This document shows, one piece after another, positions 13,585 to 25,713 of a DNA stretch of 64,000 nucleotides. The position numbers and the translations under genes are program-made. The notes beneath the pieces are model-generated. The model was not told the origin of the DNA. It worked only from the letters and a program-made list of their open reading frames with translations, and ran no database searches. The DNA comes from Nitrospinales bacterium (lineage in GTDB: Bacteria > Nitrospinota > Nitrospinia > Nitrospinales > VA-1): positions 1 to 64,000 of the forward strand of contig OZ253496.1 in NCBI GenBank assembly GCA_965262115.1. Direction: 5' to 3'. Within the stretch, counting starts at the first letter, position 1; the number at the start of each line of letters is the position of its first letter.

Positions 13585-14349
13585 AAAGTAATGGCACCTC
13601 TAGGTTTCAAGCTGAACAGGTGAGGGAATATTAGTTATTTTTTTGATGAATGTATTAGTAGAGAACAAATCCTCCTCATCTCCTTGTATTCATATCCATC
13701 AATTCCACCCCTCCCCTTCCACCCTTGGACTTACACACACATCACCAGACGAAAAAGTGTAATAATTGAGATGGCAAGTGGTCATCAACACAAACATGCA
13801 GCTTGAGGGTTTTGTCAGTATCAAACCTAAACCATCCCCCCCCCTCCCTAAATCCAACCAATTTCCCAATTAGCCTGAGGGTGCTTTAGTGAAATTGTAC
13901 CATTAGTAAGGTTCCATAATTAATTAATAATTCACGAGATATTTTATGTGTCATAACTTCCGTGCATTAGCCCAATGCCCTAGAGACAAACTGGCTACCT
14001 TATATCATAAGCATTCCACCACTTTGATCAGTAATTTTGCTGAGTACACAGGATGTAGCCAATCAGACATGGCTTCCAAAGTAAAACTTTATCAATTAGT
14101 GGTCAGTTGCCTTTTATGGGCATACTACAGTAACCACTCGAGTGTTCAATGCGTACAAATTAACCACAACACTCACACAACTGAAGCTGGTAATCAGTCC
14201 AGACAATACAGGAATGATTATCACACGTGATTGCCAAGTCACCCAGTTTCAAATCTACTCATTGCCAAGACTACGGAATGAGCTACACAATGATGTGTAG
14301 TGTAATGAAGCAGTTTACATGGAAAATTCTCAGAAATTTCAGAGAAAAA

Positions 14350-15220
14350 GCATGCTTCTTTAGTACATCACGAGGTGAATGTATCAGGGAGTACGCTAGG
14401 TTCTCCTTATATTGGATTGACCCACTTTTTAAAATGGCAGACCAAAAATCTCCCCAAAACAAAGCATTATCTCAGCTAAGACTCACACCAGCAGCTGCTT
14501 AGCTGCCTAAATGCTGGTCCAGCCACTATTAGCTCCAGAAAGACTGCAAGCTCTGCCTCCACTCCTTCACTAGGACAGTAAACCAGCAGCACAAAAAGAG
14601 TGAAGTGTGAACCCCCTTGTGAAATTTATCTTCAAGGGTTGTGTTTGTTTCTTTGTTTCTCATCTCATTCATCATAACTAGCATACAATAGGCCCCCTCA
14701 TCATAACTGGCATACAATAGGCCCCCTCATCATAACTAGCATACAATAGGCCCCCTCATCATAACTGGCATACAATAGGTCCTCTCATCATAACTGCCAT
14801 ACAATAGGCCCCCTCATCATAACTAGCATACAATAAGCTCCCTCATCATAACTAGCATACAATAGGCACCCTCATCATAACTAGCGTACAATAGGCCCCC
14901 TCATCATGGCATACAATAGGCCCCCTCATCATGGCATACAATAGGCCCCCTCATCATTTTTTGTACCAGAAGACCCCAATCACTGCAATAACTATCCATG
15001 ACTACTCCGCTTCTCGATCCAGTGAGCAAAAAAAAAGAGGAAAAAATGGTAAGTATCATCAATTCACAACTTCCGTTGACGATTTTACATCATAACGAAT
15101 AACTTGCGCTTAGTTCTGCTATTTGGTTTGTGCAGTTCTCGCTCCTGGTCAACTGTTGCCATAGCCAATGGAGGTCGTAGCTGATCCTCACTCAAAATAT
15201 CTGTTGTAATGTTCTCCTGT
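14350..15220 (-). mobile_element. Dispersed old repeat (about 600-bp family) carrying an internal 29-bp array at 14670-14957
   Basis: The reverse complement is collinear with 52360-52910 and 55920-56500 (ggatcagctac...aaccaaa.agcagaac...gaagga....gagtcttt...agctaag.agctgc). Confidence 0.6.
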
Positions 15221-15674
15221 GTATGTTACTAAGTCCTCGAAGGACGCTGTACCTGACCCTACTTGGGTGCAGTCAGCAATAGCAAAATACATAGCATGTA
15301 TTGATATGTATAGCAACCATACATAGCATGTATTGCTGTATATAGCAACAATACATAGCATGTATTGATGTATATAGCAACAATGTATAGCAGCAATACA
15401 TAGCATGTATTGATATGTATAGCAACCATACATAGCATGTATTGCTGTATATAGCAACAATACATAGCATGTATTGATGTGTATAGTGTATAGTAACAAA
15501 TCACAAGAAAAAAAGTGCTTAAATGTCTAGGAGACACTCCACAATCAGCTCACACCTGATGTAGTTCTCCACTTCTTCTCCACTGCTCAATTATGATATA
15601 CAGAAACAACAAAACAGACAAATAAAAATAGCACTTGCAACAAGAGCAGAAATGCTTTATTTAGAAACACAGCC

Positions 15675-15895
15675 AGCTATATTGGATTGGCCTGTTAAAA
15701 GGAACAGAAACAAGACTGTACTCATGTAGACCACAACCACTTAGACTTCCTTTACCATTTAAAATCATATACAGCAATATTGTGCAGGTTTTGAAATCAT
15801 GGAGTGCATGTGCACCCACAGAGCCACAATATTGCTGTATATGATTATAATTAAAGGGGGTCTAACTGGTTGTGGTCCACATGGGACAGTCAATT
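15675..15895. mobile_element. Fold-back repeat centred near 15805
   Basis: Inverted arms catgtagaccacaaccac...aatcatatacagcaatattgtg / cacaatattgctgtatatgatt...ggttgtggtccacatg. Related arms occur near 52135-52220, 54495-54580 and 55490-55565. Confidence 0.6.
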
Positions 15896-16670
15896 CATTA
15901 CAGTTGAATAAAACATTTCCCCCTCGTTTATCATACCATTGCAAGACGTATGAATCAAGTAAGCTATCTTTTATAGTAAAAAGTGACCTGAGTATGATTA
16001 AGAAGAAAGTTATAACCCACACAAAAATATCATGGATTAAAAAATGAGCTGTGGTAATGGACTCCTCTAGTTTGTGCCTTCTTGGCACAGACAATCTGAT
16101 CAACTATGGCCAATTAACACCACAAGGTTTCTCAGGCAAGTTGGCAGCTTCAAGACATAAATAACACTTTTATGGGGCTGATTAATTAAGTGCTAACCCA
16201 ATTACAGGAAGAGAGTGTACACGTGCAGCTGCTCATTGACTTGCTGAACCTAGCAACTCCATTAGTGGGGCCTAACTGTAGTGCTTTAACTGTCACATGA
16301 CAATACATAGTGCACCCCAACCTTTACCTAAGTGAAACTAGATAATGAGGCGGTCTAGAGCAGGACAATCGTCTCCACTTCGCCCTGCAAGAGGTGCATG
16401 AAGGCCAGCAATGGCTACTCAAGATTCTCCTTTTTTAAATTATCCCATCATGCAGATAAGAGCCAGGTACCAGGTCTTGTAGCTAGCATTTGCATTTCTG
16501 CTCTGAAGTACAAGATGATGGACGGAGAAGCTGAGAGTACCTTGCAATGATATCATTAGTCACATGCAGCTTGCACCTACTTCCTGGCCTGACCATTAAG
16601 ATTGACCATCTTCCAGTCGTGGCAAAGCAGCCAAAGCTAGCTCAATTTCTTGTTCACGCCAATCAATAGT

Positions 16671-18830
16671 TAAACTAGTGTATAGCAAAGCTAGTGCATA
16701 GCCAAGTCAGTGTATAGCTAATCCAGTGTATAGCTAAGCCAGTGTATAGCTAAGCCAGTGTATAGCTAAGCCAGTGTATAGCTAAGCCAGTGTATAGCTA
16801 AGCCAGTGTATAGCTAAGCCGGTGCATAGCTAAGCCAGTGCATAGCTAAGCCAGTGCATAGCTTAGTCAGTGTATAGCTAAGCCAGTGTATAGCTAAGCC
16901 AGTGTATAGCTAAGCCAGTGTATAGTTAAGCCAGTGTATAGTTAAGCCAGTGTATAGCTAAGCCGGTGTATAGCTAAGCCGGTGTATAGCTAAGCCAGTG
17001 TATAGCTAAGCTGGTGTATAGCTAAGCCAGTGCATAGCTAAGCTAGTGCATAGCTAAGCCAGTGTATAGTTAAGCCAGTGTATAGCTAAGCCAGTGTATA
17101 GCTAAGCCGGTGTATAGCTAAGCCGGTGTATAGCTAAGCCGGTGTATAGCTAAGCCAGTGTAGCTAAGCCGGTGTACAGCTAAGCCGGTGTACAGCTAAG
17201 CCGGTGTACAGCTAAGCCGGTGTATAGCTAAGCCGGTGTATAGCTAAGCCGGTGTATAGCTAAGCCGGTGTATAGCTAAGCCGGTGTATAGCTAAGCCGG
17301 TGTATAGCTAAGCCGGCGTATAGCTAAGTCGGCGTATAGCTAAGTCGGCGTATAGCTAAGTCGGCGTATAGCTAAGCCGGCGTATAGCTAAGCCGGCGTA
17401 TAGCTAAGCCGGCGTATAGCTAAGCCGGCGTATAGCTAAGCCGGCGTATAGCTAAGCCGGCGTATAGCTAAGCCGGCGTATAGCTAAGCCGGCGTATAGC
17501 TAAGCCGGCGTATAGCTAAGCCGGCGTATAGCTAAGCCGGCGTATAGCTAAGCCGGCGTATAGCTAAGCCGGCGTATAGCTAAGCCGTTGTATAGCTAAG
17601 CCGGTGTATAGCTAAGCCGTTGTATAGCTAAGCCGGTGTATAGCTAAGCCGGTGTATAGCTAAGCCGGTGTATAGCTAAGCCGGTGTATAGCTAAGCCGG
17701 TGTATAGCTAAGCCGGTGTATAGCTAAGCCGGTGTATAGCTAAGCCGGTATATAGCTAAGTCAGTGTATAGCTAAGCCAGTGTATAGCTAAGCCAGTGTA
17801 TAGCTAAGCCGTTGTATAGCTAAGCTGGTGTATAGCTAAGCCAGTGTATAGCTAAGCTGGTGTATAGCTAAGCTGGTGTATAGCTAAGCTGGTTTATAGT
17901 TAAGCCAGTGTATAGCTAAGTCAGTGTATAGCTAAGCTAGTGTATAGCTAAGCCAGTGTTTAGCTAACCTGGTATATAGCTAAGCCAGTGTATAGCTAAG
18001 CTGGTGTATAGCTAAGCTGGTGTATAGCTAAGCCGGTGTATAGCTAAGCCAGTGCACAGCTAAGCTGGTGTATAGCTAAGCTGGTGTATAGCTAAGCCAG
18101 TGTATAGCTAAGCCGGTGTATAGCTAAGCCGGTGTATAGCTAAGCTGGTGTATAGCTAAGCTAGTGTATAGCTAAGCCAGTGTATAGCTAAGTTGGTGTA
18201 TAGCTAAGCCGGTGTATAGCTAAGCCGGTGTATAGCTAAGCCAGTGCATAGCTAAGCTGGTGCATAGCTAAGCTGGTGTATAGCTAAGCCAGTGTATAGC
18301 TAAGCCGGTGTATAGCTAAGCTGGTGTATAGCTAAGCCAGTGTATAGCTAAGTCAGTGTATAGCTAAGTCAGTGTATAGCTAAGTCAGTGTATAGCTAAG
18401 TCAGTGTATAGCTAAGCTGGTGTATAGCTAAGCCAGTGTATAGTTAAGCCAGTGTATAGTTAAGCCAGTGTATAGTTAAGCCAGTGTATAGCTAAGCCAG
18501 TGTATAGCTAAGCCGGTGTATAGCTAAGCCAGTGTATAGCTAAGCCAGTGTATAGCTAAGCCAGTGTATAGCTAAGCCAGTGTATAGCTAAGCCAGTGTA
18601 TAGCTAAGCCAGTGTATAGCTAAGCCAGTGTATAGCTAAGCCAGTGTATAGCTAAGCCGGTGTATAGCTAAGCCAGTGTATAGCTAAGTCAGTGTATAGC
18701 TAAGCCGGTGTATAGCTAAGCCAGTGTATAGCTAAGTCAGTGTATAGCTAAGCCGGTGTATAGCTAATCTGGTGACCTCAGTCAGTGTATAGCTAAGCTG
18801 GTGTATAGCTAAGCCGGTATATAGCTAAGC
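16671..18830. repeat. 16-bp minisatellite (tagctaagccagtgta)n, about 135 copies
   Basis: Directly visible array with variant blocks. Confidence 0.98.
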
Positions 18831-19459
18831 GTAGGCATAGTCAGCTAGACAAAAGTTACAATCAATACTGACCTTAAGAAAACTCGCGATCCAAACAGCA
18901 ACCGTGGAAATGATGTCTACTCTAACTGTGCAGAAGTGTGATACAGGTCATACACAGACATGAAATGACCCAAACATATTCAGATTTATCCCAAATCACC
19001 TTTCAAATGGTACAAGCTGGACGCCAGTGTGGGCAGGTGAAACACGTTCAGTGATTATTGTATATTTTGTGTATGTGTGTGTGAGTGTGAGTATGTGTGT
19101 ATGCTGCATGAGCAGTGATTCTTTCCTAGTATATAATTTAATGGCATTCTTTGCACCTAAACACAATATGCTATAGCCATGCCACAGAGCTTTTAGAGTG
19201 CCTAGATACTGGATTCCCATAAAAGGAGAGCCAAGGCACTCACAGCTAGGCGCCTAGAGGTTACTGACCACTTCCGAATTGTGGCCTAGACACCAGCATC
19301 TTGGCTCCACATGAAACTCACACCACAGCTGCAGTCATTAGGTACTAGAATCATAGCAAGAGCTAGGGCTAGATTTGAGACACAAGAGATCGGAGCACCA
19401 CAGAGGCATGGTGGCTTGGAAGTCCTTATGAAATTTCATTGCTGGCATCCTTCGTATAA

Positions 19460-20435
19460 ATAACTCACTGCTCACAACTCGCTAGCTGCTCACAGCCAGA
19501 TATAACTCACTGCTCACAGCCAGATATAACTCATTGCTCACTCACAGCCAGATATAACTCACTAGCTTCTCACAGCCAGATATAACTCACTGCTCACAGC
19601 CAGATATAACTCACTGCTCACAGCCAGATATAACTCACTGCTCACAGCCAGATATAACTCACTGCTCACAGCCAGATATAACTCACTGCTCACAGCCAGA
19701 TATAACTCACTAGCTGCTCACAGCCAGGTATAAGTCACAAGCTGCTCACAGCTAGATATAACTCACTGCTCACAGCCAGATATAACTCACTGCTCACAGC
19801 CAGATATAACTCACAAGCTGCTCACAGCCAGATATAACTCACTGCTCACAGCCAGATATAACTCACTGCTCACAGCTAGATATAACTCACTAGCTGCTCA
19901 CAGCCAGATATAACTCACTGCTCACAGCCAGATATAACTCACTGCTCACAGCCAGATATAACTCACTAGCTGCTCACAGCCAGATATAACTCACTAGCTG
20001 CTCACAGCTAGATATAACTCACTGCTCACAGCCAGATATAACTCAGTGCTCACAGCCAGATATAACTCACAAGCTGCTCACAGCCAGATATAACACACTG
20101 CTCACAGCCAGATATAACTCACTGCTCACAGCCAGATGTAACTCACTGCTCACAGCCAGATATAACTCACTGCTCACAGCCAGATATAACTCACAAGCTG
20201 CTCACAGCCAGATATAACTCACTAGCTGCTCACAGCCAGATATAACTCACTGCTCATGGTCAGATCAGTCACTGCTCACGGTCAGACCAGTCACTGCTCA
20301 TGGCCAGATCCGTCACTGCTCACGGCCAGACCCTGATCACGGCCAGATCAGTCACTGATCACGGCCAGATCAGTCACTGATCACGGCCAGATCAGTCACT
20401 GCTCACGGCCAGATCAGTCACTGATTGCGGCAAGA
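19460..20435. repeat. 24/28-bp minisatellite (ataactcactgctcacagccagat) grading into a related shorter variant
   Basis: Directly visible. The unit changes to cagtcactgatcacggccagat after about 20257. Confidence 0.95.
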
Positions 20436-21126
20436 TCCACCGAGCTATCTCAACTGAGAAAACTCAAACCTAACTGTCTATGGTTTGGTGATCAGATTAA
20501 GAACCCACCTGGTTATGACTTGATAGGAAGATGGTACTATTATACAGATCATATCAAATCCATGCAGCTGTTGCTCGTTGGAAAAAAAAATTCCTGGGAA
20601 AATGGAAGAAGTCCAACCAATACTGGAGGAGCAGAGTCACATGGTCAGCAGATGTGAAACAGCAGGGATCTATATTATTAAACAGGTGGCCATATTTTTA
20701 GCATACCAAGTAAGGAAGGATATAGGTCACAGCTGGCGAGAGAGAGAAAGAGAAAATTTTCTTTATAATTTGGTGTCCTATTTTCTAGTGGTGAGAGGAA
20801 AAAAATAATAAAAAGCCAACAACAAAAAAAATCACATGATACATTCAAAAAATTAATAATAATATAAAAAAAATTAAAAATACTACTAATAATTTAAAAA
20901 ATAATAACAACAATAATATACATAGCGTAAACATGAGATTCTGTTGCCATGGGTTGCATTGTTTAATACTTACAGCAATTATAGGCTCAGAGGCAATAAT
21001 CAAACTCAAGAAGGAGTTGTGCATGATGACTGCACGTTTGGGTCACAGAATTGCCAGCTAGAATACTCTCTCACTGTGGTTTGAACCATAACAACCAGCT
21101 ACAGACTGAAAGTGTTTGTCCCTTAC

Positions 21127-21868
21127 GGGGACTATCCCACAGACCTCCGAAATTTGAACACATATTTGTGGTTGTCATAACTTTTTCCCCCTTTCTTCTG
21201 TGTAAATAATTATTATACCAGCTTGTTGCTTATTGTGTGTGCTTTAAGATGATATGTAAAAAGTCTCTATAGGCACTTTTTCTTAGAAGATATAGCCATA
21301 CACGCAAGGGTCACTCAGAAAATGGCACCTCCTAATTTCCCAGGATTCTAATTGCCAGGCGCCTTGACCACAGACCTCAAACTTCCTGTGTTGCTTGTAA
21401 ACACCCTAAGCTGTGATATGACTGAGCCATAATTTTTTTACCATGAAGCATTCCTGAGATACGATTATTAGAAGAGGCGGGGTCACAAATATTCCGCGGT
21501 TTTTGGCGCGGCTTGAAATAAAGTGTCTCATAACTTTTCAACACTTCACCGCGTTTTAATTATGGCTCAGACATATCACAGCTTAGGGTGTTAGCAAGCC
21601 ACAAAACAAGTTTGGGGGTTGTAGCTCACGGCGCCTGGCAATTAGAATCCTGGGAAATTAGGAGGTGCCATTTTCTGAGTGACCCTTGCGTGTATGGCTA
21701 TATCTTCTAAGAAAAAGTGCCTATAGAGACTTTTTACATATCATCTTAAAGCACACACAATAAGCAACAAGCTGGTATAATAATTATTTGCACAGAAGAA
21801 AGGGGGAAAAAGTTATGACAACCACAAATATGTTTTTGAATTTCGGAGGAAAATGGGATAGTCCTCCC
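21127..21868. mobile_element. Fold-back MITE, same family as 10804-11549
   Basis: Long inverted arms. Termini ggggactatccca / tgggatagtcctccc|TTAA. Confidence 0.85.
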
Positions 21869-22228
21869 TTAAGAGTTCCCACCAACCATCACAACCAGCT
21901 ACAGACTGAAAGTGTTTGTCCCATACTAATTAAGAGTTCCCACCAAAGTAATCACAAGACTATGTCAATATAACAATCATACTATATAAGTACTCAGTGG
22001 GCAGCTGGCGGTCCTTTTTTAAACAAACACTTTCCGCCAAGTGTACCACCACACGTCCTATTGCGGCAATCTTGTTTTAATGTAATGATATCACATCTTG
22101 ATGCTCCTACAAGACATCCATTACACCTATGGCACTTGCCATTGGCCAATTCATAAACTACCAGAACAAGAAATAAAAAATCCATTGCCTAAGCATCTGG
22201 GAGAAACGGACATCTTATATATCATTAA

Positions 22229-23510
22229 GGGGGGACTATAAAAACCCAAAGTCACGATTTTGTAATCACCACACTCCCCCTCCCCCCCCCCCCCTCCCCT
22301 TTTCCTTAATGTTTAAGCAGATAATTAAAGTGTTGTTTGTTGCTTTTAAATGAAATGTTAAATGTCTCTAGAATAGAAGTACATTTTCTTAGAAAATACA
22401 TGTATCATCCTTAAGGTCACTCACTTCCCTCTTTGCAAGAACATCTCCCCAGTGGAGTGTATACAACTTAGTCTTTGGTCATTAGTTCTAGGCCACTCTC
22501 CAAACCATGTGTGTAGCCCATTTCCTATTTTATAGAAACTCAGCCCAGTGCTTTGTAGTTCTAGGCCACTCTCCAAACCATGTGTGTAGCCCATTTCCTA
22601 TTTTATAGAAACTCAGCCCAGTGCTTTGAAGTTCTAGGCCACTCTCCAAACCATGTGTGTAGCCCATTTCCTATTTTATAGAAACTCAGCCCAGTGCTTT
22701 GTAGTTCTAGGCCACTCTCCAAACCATGTGTGTAGCCCATTTCCTATTTTATAGAAACTCAGCCCAGTGTTTTGTAGTTCTAGGCCACTCTCCAAACCAT
22801 GTGTGTAGCCCATTTCCTATTTTATAGAAACTCAGCCCAGTGCTTTGTAGTTCTAGGCCACTCTCCAAACCATGTGTGTAGCCCATTTCCTATTTTATAG
22901 AAACTCAGCCCAGTGCTTTGTAGTTCTAGGCCACTCTCCAAACCATGTGTGTAGCCCATTTCCTATTTTATAGAAACTCAGCCCAGTGCTTTGTAGTTCT
23001 AGGCCACTCTCCAAACCATGTGTGTAGCCCATTTCCTATTTTATAGAAACTCAGCCCAGTGTTTTGTAGTTCTAGGCCACTCTCCAAACCATGTGTGTAG
23101 CCCATTTCCTATTTTATAGAAACTCAGCCCAGTGCTTTGTAGTTCTAGGCCACTCTCCAAACCATGTGTGTAGCCCATTTCCTATTTTATAGAAACTCAG
23201 CCCAGTGCTTTGTAGTTCTAGGCCACTCTCCAAACCATGTGTGTAACTCATTTCCTATTTTATAGAAACTCAGCTCAGCCAGTGCTTTGACTAACCACAG
23301 TCCAAATTAGAGCCTTGTAAACCTTGCAACAGAGAGGGAAGTGTAGTTTTCCAGTTTAGTGACCTAATGTCGCAGGATGTATCCTTTAAGAAATTGTGCC
23401 TATAGAGACATATCACAAGCACACAGAATTGGCAACACTTTGCTACAAAACTTACCAGCAAAGAGGAAATAGGAAGGAAAAAAAAGGATTTTTTCGAGGG
23501 CTTTTTAAAT
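22229..23510. mobile_element. Diverged MITE of the same family with a central 73-bp tandem array
   Basis: TTAA|ggggggacta start. Left-arm motif ttttcttagaaaata...aaggtcactca. Right-arm motif agtgacct...taagaaattgtgcctatagaga. The right boundary is approximate. Confidence 0.6.
22485..23289. repeat. 73-bp tandem array, 11 copies
   Basis: Units start at 22485, 22558 and so on, and are nearly identical. Confidence 0.97.
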
Positions 23511-24230
23511 TGTACCAATATACCTGGCACAAGCCAGTCTTCACTGTACATGCATTTCTAAAAAGAAAAATCGTCATAAATGGCATGGTCAAATCCTGAG
23601 TTCGGACATGTGCTTACACTGGACGATAGCTTTACTATTCCTTTCCTCCTACCATGCACAACTAGTGAACCAAATCCAACTTCAGGTTGGTATAGCAATA
23701 GATCCTTTTATCAAGATCCCAGCATTTATTTTAAAAGTGAGGAGGGAGGATGAGGGTAGAGAGGGAGAGGAAACGCAGGGAGGGAGAGGAGGAGAGGGAG
23801 GAAAGGAGAGGGCGCGAGGAAGTGGTCGGGAAGGGAATTGGGAGGGGAGAAGGAAGAGGAGCAAGTACGTCTCTAAACAACAACAGAACCGGTTGCAATG
23901 GGCAAAGGAATGATAACCGGACAATTTGGCAGGAACTTGCTGTAGGAATTAGGATGGTGCCAGCATTGGTGCTAATACATGGCCGAGAAAAGTCCAGCCT
24001 ATTTTAGCTAGAAACACCCTCCACTCATATATATTGAATATTCAAAACTTGGGCCAAATTTGAGTGGAGGTTGGAGGGAGTTCCTTGTACTCTTAATGTG
24101 CAATAAACTCCACATTAGGTAGATCCATAAGTGGATTTGCGGGAAGAGCCAATATAGTCATGTGGAATATATTCTGTTACAAGTTGTGCCTGTGGACACC
24201 AACAACATATGTCCGCTACTCTGCAGCTAA

Positions 24231-25003
24231 GGGGGGGTCAAACCCATTTTCCTCCGAAATTTGCACTTTTTTTTTTGTACGTGTCATAACTTTCCCCCCC
24301 CTTTCTTCTGTGCAAATAATTATTATACCAGCTTGTTGCTTATTGTGTGTGCTTTAAGATGATATGTAAAAAGTCTCTATAAGCACTTTTTCTTAGAAAA
24401 TATAGCCAAACACGCAAGGGTCACTCAGAAAATGGCACGTCCCAAATGGCAAGTCCCAAATGGCAAGTCCTCTAATTGCCAGGCGCCTTGAGCTACAGAC
24501 CCCAAAACTTGTGTTGTGGCTTCCCACAAGCCTAAGCTGTGATATGGCTGAGACAATTTTTTTTTTACCATGAAGCAATGTTGAGTTATGGTGATTAGAA
24601 GAGGCGTGGTCACAGATGTTCCGAGGTTTTTGGCACTGGTTGGAAATAAAGTGTCTCATATTTATTCAACACTTCACACGGCGTTGTAATTATGATTCAG
24701 CCATATCAGAGCTTAGGGTGTTAGCAAGCCACAAAACAAATTTTGAGTCTGTAGCTCAAGGCGCCTGGGAATTAGACATCTTGGCATTTGGGAGGTGCCA
24801 TTTTTTATTTTTATGACCCTTGCGTGTTTGGCTATATCTTCTAAGAAAAAGTGCTTATAGAGAATTTTTACATATCATCTTAAAGCACACACAATAAGCA
24901 ACATGCTGGTATAATAATTATTTGCACAGAAGAAAGGGGAAAAAAGTTATGACAGGTTCAATTTTTTTTTGCAAATTTCGGAGGAAAATGGGTTAGACCC
25001 CCC
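24231..25003. mobile_element. Fold-back MITE, same family
   Basis: Termini ggggggtcaaacccattttcctccgaaatttgca / tgcaaatttcggaggaaaatgggttagacccccc. Arms are homologous to 21127-21868. Confidence 0.85.
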
Positions 25004-25238
25004 AGGCTGAAGGTTACGTGGAGTTTGCGGTGAACAATAATACTTGTGTTGCACAGAGGCAGTTCAGAGTCAGTGAGAAGCTAGTGTGTGTTTGGTCAGA
25101 GAAGACTGTTGAACTGCAGTCTAGACTTGTACTCCACAGGAGTTAAAAAAAACAAAAAACATTTGGTATAGTAAAATACAACTTGAACTTCGTACTCCAG
25201 CGACTACAGTTATGAAGTAACAAACACACATTATTTAC

Positions 25239-25371
25239 CTTCCAGGTTCATAACGTCCATTACCAGTGGATGTGAGAAATTTGAAAATCCTCTGTTGGCC
25301 GAAGCCACTTGGAAGGTTACGTTGACAGTCTGACAGGCAAAATAGTCCAAGTTTATTTCAGTGCTCCTATC
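25239..25371 (-). CDS. Gene A exon, C-terminal part of an FN3-like repeat (CQTVNVTFQVASANRGFSNFSHPL)
   Basis: Phase 0-1 with AAG|gtaaat donor. The V-x-A-x-N-x-G-x-S-x-x-S-x-P pattern resembles FN3 strands F-G. Confidence 0.8.
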
Positions 25372-25713
25372 CTATATGAAGTTAATGGAAGCACAAAGAA
25401 ATGGTTGTATATTTGGAACTATGTCAATTGGAAATGAGCAAATAAGAATAAAAGAGTTGTTAGGATGCAGAAATTACTAGAAGTGGTGGTAGATTGGAGG
25501 GAGATCGGAGGGAGATTGGAGGGAGATCGGAGGGGAGATTGGAGGGAGATTTCATAATGGTTATGTTACTAAATCTGCTACTATCCCAGTTTTTTTTAGT
25601 TCGGAAGGAAAAAAATTCTCAGTATCAAATCACACTTAATTATTTTCATTCAAGCATCAGTTAGACTAAATATATATATACTCACTCGTGCAGTAGTGAT
25701 GATGTGTTTCCAA

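Noticed and set aside
15190..15260. Exon-like segment GSGTASFEDLVTYTGEHYNRYF
   Set aside because: It runs into a dispersed repeat also found at 52.4 and 55.9 kb, and its exit phase has no partner exon.
18873..18925. Candidate minus-strand exon VRVDIISTVAVWIASFLK with good splice sites
   Set aside because: It is phase 1-0, and I found no phase 0-1 exon to reconnect it to 6173. Left unresolved, as are similar candidates near 20973, 23617, 25040 and 37140.
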